Shown here piece after piece: positions 8,687 to 15,655 of a stretch of DNA of 33,926 nucleotides. The position numbers and the translations under genes are program-made. The stretch is from NCBI GenBank assembly GCA_017501125.1, contig JAFVXN010000131.1, positions 1-33,926 on the forward strand, read 5' to 3'. Source of the stretch: Clostridia bacterium. GTDB lineage: Bacteria > Bacillota > Clostridia > Christensenellales > Borkfalkiaceae. Every line of letters begins with the position of its first letter. Within the stretch, counting starts at the first letter, position 1. Below the pieces are notes generated by a model. That model saw only the letters and a program-made list of their open reading frames with translations. It searched no databases and was not told the DNA's origin.

Positions 8687-8715
8687 TTGACAAGCCTAAT
8701 TCGATATGCTATTAT
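8687..8715 (+). promoter_or_regulatory. Promoter of the superoxide reductase gene
   Basis: TTGACA (8687-8692), 17-nt spacer ending in TGc, TATTAT (8710-8715). Confidence 0.65.
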
Positions 8716-8753
8716 TTAATTAGGATTGAATATCAATAAAGGAGAATGAATTG

Positions 8754-9113
8754 ATGAAAGTATACGTTTATTTATGTGAAAAATGCGGTAAGGCAGTAGT
8801 TTCCACGCACGAACTCAACGTGGAGGGATACAAACTGTTAGAGGCAGGCACGACGGATGCGGCGGTGGAAAAACACGTCCCCGTGGTGGAAAAGAGATGT
8901 GGCGAAATCAAGGTTAGCGTCGGCTCCGTTATGCACCCTGCAACGGCAGAACACTATATCGAGTGGGTGCTCCTCGTCTCCGACAACGGCTACCAACTCA
9001 AATATATCCCCGTAGGGCAAGAGGCGGTGGTAAGTTTCCGTCTGGGCAAGGGCGAAAAACTGCAAGAAGTCTACGCTTATTGCAATCTTCACGGTCTCTG
9101 GAAAGCCGACTAA
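8754..9113 (+). CDS. Superoxide reductase (desulfoferrodoxin/neelaredoxin family)
   Basis: Centre II ligand motifs are present: EKHVPV, MHPATAEHYIEW and YCNLHGLW. The N-terminal segment has only one CxxC (CEKCG) and lacks the second Cys pair of a desulforedoxin-type centre I. ATG at 8754, 8 nt after AAAGGAGA. Confidence 0.88.
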   Translation: MKVYVYLCEKCGKAVVSTHELNVEGYKLLEAGTTDAAVEKHVPVVEKRCGEIKVSVGSVMHPATAEHYIEWVLLVSDNGYQLKYIPVGQEAVVSFRLGKGEKLQEVYAYCNLHGLWKAD

Positions 9114-9118
9114 TCTGC

Positions 9119-9236
9119 CTATAAAATACGTCGCAATACTGCGTTGCGCTCCGTGCCGCTTTGCTTGCGTACGAAAAAGTACGCTCCCGTCAGCGGTACT
9201 CGCGCGCCTTGTCTTGCTTGTATTTTCCTACGGCAG
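9119..9236 (+). repeat. Intergenic structured repeat, unit B (type 2)
   Basis: CTATAAAATACGTCGCAATACT...GTGCCGCTTTGCTTGCGTAC-GAAAAA-GTACGCTCCCGTCAGCGGTACTCGCGCGCCTTGTCTTGCTTGTATTTTCCTACGGCAG. Starts 5 nt after the stop at 9113 and is followed by TTTTT. Confidence 0.9.
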
Positions 9237-9271
9237 TTTTTATGTGAATAATTTAATTTAAGAGGGTAATT

Positions 9272-9877
9272 ATGGACAAAAAGGCGATGTACAAATTGTC
9301 GTACGGGCTTTTCGTACTGACGGTCAACGACGGCAAAAAGGACAGTGGCTGTATCACCAATACGGTGATGATGATGACGGACAATCCTTGCAGGATAGTG
9401 GTTTTCGTCAACAATGCTAACTACACGGCGGAGGTCTTGAAAAAGACGGGCGTGTTCAACGTGTCCGTCCTTGCCGAGAGTGCGCCCTTCGATTTGTTCA
9501 AGCGTTTCGGTTTTCAAAGCGGTCGCGACGTGGACAAATTCGCGGATACAAAGTATCCGCGCGCAGAGAACGGGCTCCGCTATATCGACGAAAACGCCAA
9601 CGCGCTGATTAGTGCGAAAGTGGTGGATAAGTACGATTACGGCACGCATACCTTGTTCGTTGCCGAGGTGACGGACGCCGTCACGCTCTCTGAGGAAAAC
9701 AGCGTGACCTACGCCTATTATCAAGAGAATATCAAGCCCAAGGCAAACGCCCCCAAGGAAGAGGGCAAGGAAAAGTGGGTTTGTTCGGTATGCGGCTACG
9801 TGCACGAAGGACCCCTGCCTGAGGATTTTGTATGTCCTTGGTGTAAACATCCCGCCTCTGATTTTGTCAAAGCGTAA
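9272..9877 (+). CDS. Flavin reductase-like domain fused to a C-terminal rubredoxin (high-molecular-weight rubredoxin type)
   Basis: 201 aa. N-terminal flavin-reductase-like domain (YGLFVLTV...GCITNTV). C-terminal WVCSVCGY...CPWCKHP carries the two CxxC pairs of rubredoxin. Confidence 0.85.
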   Translation: MDKKAMYKLSYGLFVLTVNDGKKDSGCITNTVMMMTDNPCRIVVFVNNANYTAEVLKKTGVFNVSVLAESAPFDLFKRFGFQSGRDVDKFADTKYPRAENGLRYIDENANALISAKVVDKYDYGTHTLFVAEVTDAVTLSEENSVTYAYYQENIKPKANAPKEEGKEKWVCSVCGYVHEGPLPEDFVCPWCKHPASDFVKA

Positions 9878-9887
9878 AAATCAAAGA

Positions 9888-10068
9888 CGCATACTCGGCA
9901 CTATACTTCGTCGAGGTGCGTTTTTTGTTTGCTTGCGTACGCCTTAGTACGCGCGCTTCACAAAAAACTTCTCTCCTCGTCTATCACCAAGTCTTCGTCT
10001 TTGAGGGTGATGAGGATGCATCGTCGGTACTCGCGCTCCTTGTTTTGCTCGTATCTTCGCCTTTACCG
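9888..10068 (+). repeat. Intergenic structured repeat, locus C (one full type 1 unit plus a truncated second unit)
   Basis: CGCATACT..ACTTCGTCGAGGTGCGTTTTTTGTTTGCTTGCGTAC-GCCTTA-GTACGCGCGCTTCACAAAAAAC..CCTCG, then ..GTCTTCGTCTTTGAGGG...GGTACTCGCGCTCCTTGTTTTGCTCG. Starts 10 nt after the stop at 9877. Confidence 0.85.
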
Positions 10069-10081
10069 TATGATTAAATAT

Positions 10082-10114
10082 AAAACAGCGTAGGACAAAG
10101 CCACGCTGTTTTTT
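10082..10114 (+). terminator. Intrinsic terminator downstream of the rubredoxin-fusion gene and repeat C
   Basis: AAAACAGCGT, an 11-nt loop, then ACGCTGTTTT followed by TT. Confidence 0.7.
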
Positions 10115-10197
10115 CTTTGTGTAATGAAGATGATTTAAGGCAAAAAAGTCTTTTTTTGTCGAAAAGAAAAAATTGCCAAAAAGCACCGTAAAATAAC

Positions 10198-10226
10198 TTG
10201 ACAAGCCTTTTATAACTTGTTATAAT
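10198..10226 (+). promoter_or_regulatory. Consensus sigma-A promoter of rpsU
   Basis: TTGACA (10198-10203), exactly 17 nt, TATAAT (10221-10226). Confidence 0.8.
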
Positions 10227-10276
10227 CAGTAGCGTACTTGAAAAATAATGCGGTTGGCAAAGGAAGGTGAAAAAGG

Positions 10277-10453
10277 ATGTCCACGGTAAAAGTAGGCGAA
10301 AACGAGAACGTTGAAAGCGCCCTTCGTCGTTTCAAGAGAAAGTGCTCTCGCGACGGTATCATCGGCGACTTGAGAAAGAAAGAATTCTACGAAAAACCTT
10401 CCGTTAAGAGAAAGAAAAAATCGGAAGCCGCAAGAAAAAGAAGTAGAAACTAA
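10277..10453 (+). CDS. rpsU: 30S ribosomal protein S21
   Basis: Not in the track (58 codons). My translation is [75 protein letters not shown] region lies upstream. Confidence 0.92.
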   Translation: MSTVKVGENENVESALRRFKRKCSRDGIIGDLRKKEFYEKPSVKRKKKSEAARKRSRN

Positions 10454-10460
10454 TCAAGAG

Positions 10461-10487
10461 AACTCACGCAAAACGCGTGAGTTTTTT
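10461..10487 (+). terminator. Intrinsic terminator of rpsU
   Basis: CTCACGC-AAAAC-GCGTGAG followed by TTTTTT. Confidence 0.85.
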
Positions 10488-10558
10488 CTTTGCAAAAATT
10501 CTCCTTTTCGGGGCGTTTTTGTCGAAGAAAATCTAATAAAAAAGGAGGGGGTCGAAAG

Positions 10559-10960
10559 ATGACGGAGCGTAAAAGTTGCAGTTTGAAGGAGTACTCTCGC
10601 GCGGCGAAAGACCGTATCAAAAAGGGCTTTTGGGAGGACTGTCAAAAGGGGTACGACAGGAGCCTTTCCAAGGCAAAGGAACAGGGCGTCAACGAAAGCA
10701 AAGCAGGGCGGTATTTCAAAAGCAAGGTCGAAGGGCAGATCGCAGGCGAAAAGGAAGACGACTTTTATCTAAAAGTCAAACGGTTGATTTTGACAGAGGG
10801 CGAGGTCAGCGACGCGATAGGCAGATTGACGGACAAGCCCTATTACGACACGCTCACTTACGAGGAAAAACAGCGCTACACCCTCTCTTTGAGCGAGCGT
10901 TATCTGCGCGCCCTTGAGCGCTTTAGAAAGGAGTGCGAATTCGACGACATCAGCGGCTGA
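10559..10960 (+). CDS. Hypothetical protein (133 aa, Lys/Glu-rich, no recognisable motif)
   Basis: ATG at 10559, 7 nt after AAGGAGGGGG. The track ORF start at 10490 lies inside the rpsU terminator and is rejected. Confidence 0.55.
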   Translation: MTERKSCSLKEYSRAAKDRIKKGFWEDCQKGYDRSLSKAKEQGVNESKAGRYFKSKVEGQIAGEKEDDFYLKVKRLILTEGEVSDAIGRLTDKPYYDTLTYEEKQRYTLSLSERYLRALERFRKECEFDDISG

Positions 10961-10989
10961 TATAGGTGCTTAAAAAAAGGGTGAAACAC

Positions 10990-11018
10990 TTGCCTTTTTA
11001 TAGCCGTTGTGGTATAAT
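10990..11018 (+). promoter_or_regulatory. Promoter directly abutting the pcrA start codon
   Basis: TTGCCT (10990-10995), 17-nt spacer, TATAAT (11013-11018). The pcrA ATG starts at 11025, 6 nt after the -10 box. Confidence 0.55.
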
Positions 11019-11024
11019 AAAAAT

Positions 11025-13454
11025 ATGAGCGAAACGAAAGAAATTCTGGACAAATTAAACGAGGAACAGTTGGCCCCCGTCTTACAGACGGAAGGGCCTG
11101 TTTTGGTACTTGCTGGGGCGGGCAGTGGCAAGACGCGCGTGCTCGTCTCCCGTATCGCCTATCTCGTCGACGAGAAGGGGGTAAATCCTGCAGGGATACT
11201 CGCCATCACCTTCACCAACAAAGCGGCTGGCGAGATGAAAGAAAGGTTGTTCGGCGTCGTGCCGACTAGGGATATGTGGGTGTCCACCATTCACAGCATG
11301 TGCGTACGCATTTTGCGGGACTTTGCCAAAGAGGCAGGCTTAGAAAAAAACTTTTCGATATACAGCGAGACGGAGCGCAACAACGTCCTCAAAAAATCCT
11401 TTCAGGAGTGCGGTTTTGAAGACGAGAACCTCTTAAAGAGTGCAAAATACCACGTCGGCAACGCCAAGATGCTCGGCTATTCTCCCGAAAGATACGCGGA
11501 GGAATTCGCAGGGGAAAGAGACATCGAGGACGTGACGAAGATTTACGCGCGCTATCAAAAGCACCTGCGTGAAAACAACGCGCTCGACTTTGACGATTTG
11601 CTGAGCGAAACGCGCGATTTGCTCGCTAAGAACAAAGAGGTGCTCGAATACTTATCGGGTAGATTCCGCTATATTTTGGTGGACGAGTTCCAAGACACCA
11701 ACGCGGTGCAATACGAGATTATCAAGATGCTTGCCACCGTCCACGGCAACCTGTTCGTAGTAGGGGACGACGACCAGTCGATATACGGCTGGCGTGGCGC
11801 GAAGATTGAGAACATTTTGCACTTCGAAAAGGATTTTAGGGACGCGAAGGTTTTCAAGTTGCAACGCAACTACCGCTCCACGAAACAAATCTTAAACCTT
11901 GCCAACACCGTGATAAAGAACAACGGCAGGCGCAAGGAAAAGACCCTCTGGACGGAGAACGAGGAGGGGACGAAACCCAGATTGCACGAGGCGGACGAGG
12001 AGAGCGGCGAGGCAAGATACGTCGCGCAGACGATCGTCTCTTTGAGACGGCAGGGCTATCAATACAAGGATTTTGCGGTGCTGATGCGTCTCAACGCTTT
12101 GACCCGCTCCTTCGAGCAAGAATTCTCCGCGGACGGGATTCCTTTCAAGGTCTTCGGTGGCTTTAAGTTCTACGAAAGAAAGGAAATCAAAGATTTGCTC
12201 GCCTATTTGCGCCTTATCGCCAACCCGTTCGATAGCGAGGCGGCGGTGCGCATCATCAACTTCCCCAAGCGTGGCATCGGTGCCAAGACGGTGGAGGCGT
12301 TGATCCATTACGCCAACGAAACCAACTCCTCCGTCTACGACGCGTTGTTCGAGTTGGACGAAATCGGCTTTACGGGCGCGACCCGTCAAAAATTGGAGAA
12401 CTTTGCCACCCTCGTCAACAAGTGGATAAAAGACAGCATTTCCCTGTCCGTGGACGAGTTGGTCAAGAACATCGTTGCGGATACGAATATGCGTCTCGTA
12501 TACGGCGACGATAGCGACGATAGCCTCAACAAACTCGCCAACATTGACGAATTTATCAACGCCGTCGACGAATTTTGCAGGCTGAATCCGCAGGCGACCC
12601 TCGTCGATTATTTGGCGCAGGTCACCCTGTCTACGGATACGGACGAGATGGACGAGAGCGACTACGTGACGCTGGCGACCATTCACGCGGTCAAGGGGTT
12701 GGAATTCCCTTGCGTGTTCATCGTCGGCTTAGAGGAAAATATTATGCCCGTCTCTCGCGCCTCGTCCAGCGATACGGATTTGGAGGAGGAGAGAAGGCTG
12801 ATGTACGTCGCCATCACGCGCGCTAAGGAGTATCTTTGCCTCACCCGTAGCAAGTCGAGATTCCTCTACGGCAAAAGGGAACTCACGGGCAGGTCGCGCT
12901 TTATAAAAGAACTCGCCTCTGCCTTGGATATGCCCAAGGAAAAACCCCGTTACGGCGGTGGATACAATAGTGGCTACGGCGGCTACGGCAATAGCGGTAG
13001 GTATCGCGATTCGTCGGGCGACGACGATTTTTACAGTGAGAGCAATTACGGCGCGGCGCGATTTGGCGGCGGTAGCGGTGGCTATGGTGGCTACAACAAA
13101 TCCTCCTACGGTGGATACAACGGTGGCTATAACAAGTCCTACGGCGGCTACGATAGGCGCTACGACGAGGAGAGTTATAACAGATACTCGCCAGCCAACC
13201 CTAGCGTCTACGGCGGGAAGAAGGACAGTGGCGTCGCCTACGGGGGTAGTACCTCGTTCAAGCCGAAGGCGGAAAAGAGCGTCGACGTCTCCGTCTTTAA
13301 GGTGGGCGTGAGGGTGTCGCACGCAAAATTTGGCGACGGAATGATTGTCGGCGTGCACGGTGCAGGCAACAACACGATCGTGGACGTGGCGTTCACGGGA
13401 TACGGCATCAAGCAACTTTCGGCGACGATTGCGCCGCTTAAAATCATAGGATAA
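11025..13454 (+). CDS. pcrA: ATP-dependent DNA helicase PcrA/UvrD (superfamily 1) with an expanded Gly/Tyr-rich linker
   Basis: Helicase motifs AGAGSGKT, DEFQDTN, VGDDDQSIYGWRGA, TIHAVKGLEF and EEERRLMYVAITRA. C-terminal Tudor-like domain FKVGVRVSHAKFGDGMIVGV. The start is set at the ATG 11025 (MSETKEILDKLNEEQ) because the N-terminal length then matches PcrA. Confidence 0.93.
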   Translation: MSETKEILDKLNEEQLAPVLQTEGPVLVLAGAGSGKTRVLVSRIAYLVDEKGVNPAGILAITFTNKAAGEMKERLFGVVPTRDMWVSTIHSMCVRILRDFAKEAGLEKNFSIYSETERNNVLKKSFQECGFEDENLLKSAKYHVGNAKMLGYSPERYAEEFAGERDIEDVTKIYARYQKHLRENNALDFDDLLSETRDLLAKNKEVLEYLSGRFRYILVDEFQDTNAVQYEIIKMLATVHGNLFVVGDDDQSIYGWRGAKIENILHFEKDFRDAKVFKLQRNYRSTKQILNLANTVIKNNGRRKEKTLWTENEEGTKPRLHEADEESGEARYVAQTIVSLRRQGYQYKDFAVLMRLNALTRSFEQEFSADGIPFKVFGGFKFYERKEIKDLLAYLRLIANPFDSEAAVRIINFPKRGIGAKTVEALIHYANETNSSVYDALFELDEIGFTGATRQKLENFATLVNKWIKDSISLSVDELVKNIVADTNMRLVYGDDSDDSLNKLANIDEFINAVDEFCRLNPQATLVDYLAQVTLSTDTDEMDESDYVTLATIHAVKGLEFPCVFIVGLEENIMPVSRASSSDTDLEEERRLMYVAITRAKEYLCLTRSKSRFLYGKRELTGRSRFIKELASALDMPKEKPRYGGGYNSGYGGYGNSGRYRDSSGDDDFYSESNYGAARFGGGSGGYGGYNKSSYGGYNGGYNKSYGGYDRRYDEESYNRYSPANPSVYGGKKDSGVAYGGSTSFKPKAEKSVDVSVFKVGVRVSHAKFGDGMIVGVHGAGNNTIVDVAFTGYGIKQLSATIAPLKIIG

Positions 13455-13463
13455 GGAAAGGTT

Positions 13464-15407
13464 ATGGACGAACAAAGACGGATTACCGACAAGTTAAACG
13501 AGTGGGCGCATCAGTACTACGTGCTGGACAATCCCACCGTGTCGGACAAGGAATACGACGCGCTGTACGACAGGCTAAAAGCGCTGGAGGCGGAGAGCGG
13601 CGTCGTCTTTGACGACAGCCCGACGAGAAGGGTGGGCGGCGAAGTGCTCAAAGGCTTCCAAAAACACGACCATATCGCAAGGCTGTACAGTCTGGACAAG
13701 GCGACGACGAAAGAGGAGTTGTCCGCCTTTCTTACGCGCGCGCAAAAGGCGGCGGGTAAAACGCCTACGTGCACGGTAGAGTATAAGTTCGACGGGCTGA
13801 CGGTTTGTTTGACGTACGACAAGGGCAAATTCGTACGGGCGACGACGCGAGGCAACGGCAAGACGGGCGAGGACGTGACGGCGCAGGTGCTGACGATTAA
13901 ATCCTTCCCTTTGAAGATATCCTACCAAGGCACGTTGGAGGTGCGTGGCGAGACGGTGATTAGATTGTCCGTGCTGGATAAGTATAACGAAAGCGCGGCA
14001 GAGCCACTCAAGAACGCGCGCAACGCGGCGGCAGGCGCTATCCGCAACCTCGACCCGAAGGTGACGCAGGCAAGGAAACCCGATATCTATTTTTACGACG
14101 TCAACTACCTTTCGCAAGGGGAGGAGATGTCGCAGATAGCGGCGCACGATTTCTTGGTCGCGGAAGGGTTTAAGGTATTCCCGTATTTTAGGGTGTGCAA
14201 GGACGAGGCGGCGTTGTTCGACGCCATCGACGAGATAGAAAGGCAGAGAAAAGAGATAGACGTCCTGACGGACGGCGCGGTCATCAAAATCGACGAAGTC
14301 GCCGTGCGTGAGGATATGGGCTACACGGACAAATTCCCCCGCTGGGCAATCGCCTACAAGTTCGAGGCGGAGGAGGTGACAACCCTCTTAAAAGGGGTAA
14401 TTTGGCAGGTGGGGCGCACGGGCAAACTCACGCCGCTTGCGCTACTCGACCCCGTCGATTTGGGTGGGGCGACGGTATCGAGGGCGACCCTCAACAACTA
14501 CGGCGATATCGTGAGAAAGGACGTCAAAATCGGCTCTCGCGTGCTGGTGAGAAGGTCCAACGAAGTTATCCCCGAAATCCTCGGCGCGACGGAACATTAC
14601 GCGGAAAGTAGAGAGGTGGAAAAGCCGACCGTATGCCCCTATTGCGGGCAAGATTTGCAAGAAATCGGCGCGCACCTTTTCTGTCCCAACCGCGATTGCG
14701 TGCCTAGGTTGGTGGCAAAACTCGACCACTTCGCAGGGAAGAACGCGATGGATATCGAAGGATTTTCGGAGAGCACCGCGACCTTGCTCGTCGAGAAGAA
14801 AGGGGTGAAAAATTTTGCCGATTTGTATGCGCTTCGTGCGGATGATTTGCAGGATTTGGAAGGGTTCAAAGACAAGAAAATCGGCAACTTGTTGTCGGGG
14901 ATTGAAAGGAGCAAACAAGCGCCTTTGGACGCCTACCTTTTTGCAATCGGCATCGACGGCGTAGGCAGGGTAGCGGCGAAGGATTTGGCAAAGAAATTCA
15001 AAAGCGTCGACGGGCTGAAAGGCGCGACGGAGGCAGAACTCGTCGCGATGGAAAACGTAGGCGAAATCACGGCGAAAGGGATCGTCTCCTATTTTGCGGA
15101 CGAGGACAACGCCCTGCAACTGGCAAGGCTCAAAGAGATCGGGATAGATCCCGTCTGGGCGGAAGAAGAAAAGGCAGGGATATTCTTAGGCGAGGCGGTC
15201 GTTTTGACGGGCACGCTGGAAAAATTCAAGCGTAGCGAGGCGCAAAAACTCATCGAAGAAAGGGGCGGCGAGGTGCTCTCCTCCGTGACGGCAAAGACGA
15301 CGCTGGTCGTCGCAGGCGAGGCGGCAGGGAGCAAACTGGACAAGGCGAAAAAACTCGGCGTCAAGGTAATCGACGAGGCGGAGTTCGTCGCGATGCTGGA
15401 TAAATAA
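13464..15407 (+). CDS. ligA: NAD-dependent DNA ligase
   Basis: 647 aa. Adenylation motif EYKFDGL, a Cys4 zinc finger (CPYCG...CPNRDC), HhH repeats and a C-terminal BRCT domain (VVLTGTL...). It sits in the conserved position downstream of pcrA. Confidence 0.95.
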   Translation: MDEQRRITDKLNEWAHQYYVLDNPTVSDKEYDALYDRLKALEAESGVVFDDSPTRRVGGEVLKGFQKHDHIARLYSLDKATTKEELSAFLTRAQKAAGKTPTCTVEYKFDGLTVCLTYDKGKFVRATTRGNGKTGEDVTAQVLTIKSFPLKISYQGTLEVRGETVIRLSVLDKYNESAAEPLKNARNAAAGAIRNLDPKVTQARKPDIYFYDVNYLSQGEEMSQIAAHDFLVAEGFKVFPYFRVCKDEAALFDAIDEIERQRKEIDVLTDGAVIKIDEVAVREDMGYTDKFPRWAIAYKFEAEEVTTLLKGVIWQVGRTGKLTPLALLDPVDLGGATVSRATLNNYGDIVRKDVKIGSRVLVRRSNEVIPEILGATEHYAESREVEKPTVCPYCGQDLQEIGAHLFCPNRDCVPRLVAKLDHFAGKNAMDIEGFSESTATLLVEKKGVKNFADLYALRADDLQDLEGFKDKKIGNLLSGIERSKQAPLDAYLFAIGIDGVGRVAAKDLAKKFKSVDGLKGATEAELVAMENVGEITAKGIVSYFADEDNALQLARLKEIGIDPVWAEEEKAGIFLGEAVVLTGTLEKFKRSEAQKLIEERGGEVLSSVTAKTTLVVAGEAAGSKLDKAKKLGVKVIDEAEFVAMLDK

Positions 15408-15451
15408 CCCTAAAAAGTGGCAAAACCCACGAAGAAAAGGGGGCTACGCAC

Positions 15452-15480
15452 TTGAAATTTAGAAAAATCTTTGCTATAAT
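15452..15480 (+). promoter_or_regulatory. Near-consensus promoter of the yicC-gmk-rpoZ transcript
   Basis: TTGAAA (15452-15457), 17-nt spacer ending in TGc, TATAAT (15475-15480). Confidence 0.75.
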
Positions 15481-15497
15481 AGCAAAGTAAAGCAGTG

Positions 15498-15614
15498 CTT
15501 ATAAAATACTTCGCAATACTTCATTGTGTTTTGTGCCGATTTGGTCGTGTGCGTCCAAGTACACTCCCTTCATCAGTACTCGCGCCTTGTCTTGCTTGTA
15601 TTTTTTGACGGCAG
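15498..15614 (+). repeat. Intergenic structured repeat, unit D (type 2), located in a 5' leader
   Basis: CTTATAAAATACTTCGCAATACT...GTGCCGATTTGGTCGTGTGC-GTCCAA-GTACACTCCCTTCATCAGTACTCGCGCCTTGTCTTGCTTGTATTTTTTGACGGCAG. The 3' module matches unit B except for a CG indel. Confidence 0.9.
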
Positions 15615-15655
15615 ATTGCTTAACGTTAATTAACCGCCTCCAAGGAGAAAAGATT

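Noticed and set aside
8725-8737. ATTGA-ATA-TCAAT inverted repeat between the -10 box and the RBS of the superoxide reductase gene, considered as a PerR/Fur-type operator
   Set aside because: The arms are only 5 bp in AT-rich sequence, and the repeat does not match the 7-1-7 Fur-family box. This is too weak to call without recurrence elsewhere.
7805-10068. Repeats considered as a CRISPR array or as integron attC sites separating gene cassettes
   Set aside because: There are only two adjacent units, with a 97-nt period and an 11-nt linker, and there are no spacers or cas genes. There is no R''/R' (RYYYAAC/GTTRRRY) core and no intI. Copies also occur inside the housekeeping ylo block (15498, 23944).
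12729-13475. 248-aa - strand ORF and 117-aa alternative-frame + ORF (12958..13311) across the pcrA Gly/Tyr-rich tract
   Set aside because: These are artefacts of the low-complexity GGY-type repeat, which stays open in several frames. The pcrA frame is continuous with conserved helicase and Tudor-like domains on both sides.
15524-15655. N-terminal extension of the yicC ORF. Related - strand ORFs 7840..8034, 9119..9850, 9944..10204, 15499..15813 and 23907..24122 share peptide words such as KQDKARVL and QARQGARVP.
   Set aside because: The shared peptides simply reflect the nucleotide repeats. These ORFs lack RBSs, are antisense to real genes or run into them, and differ in frame and length between loci. 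I read the repeat as non-coding.
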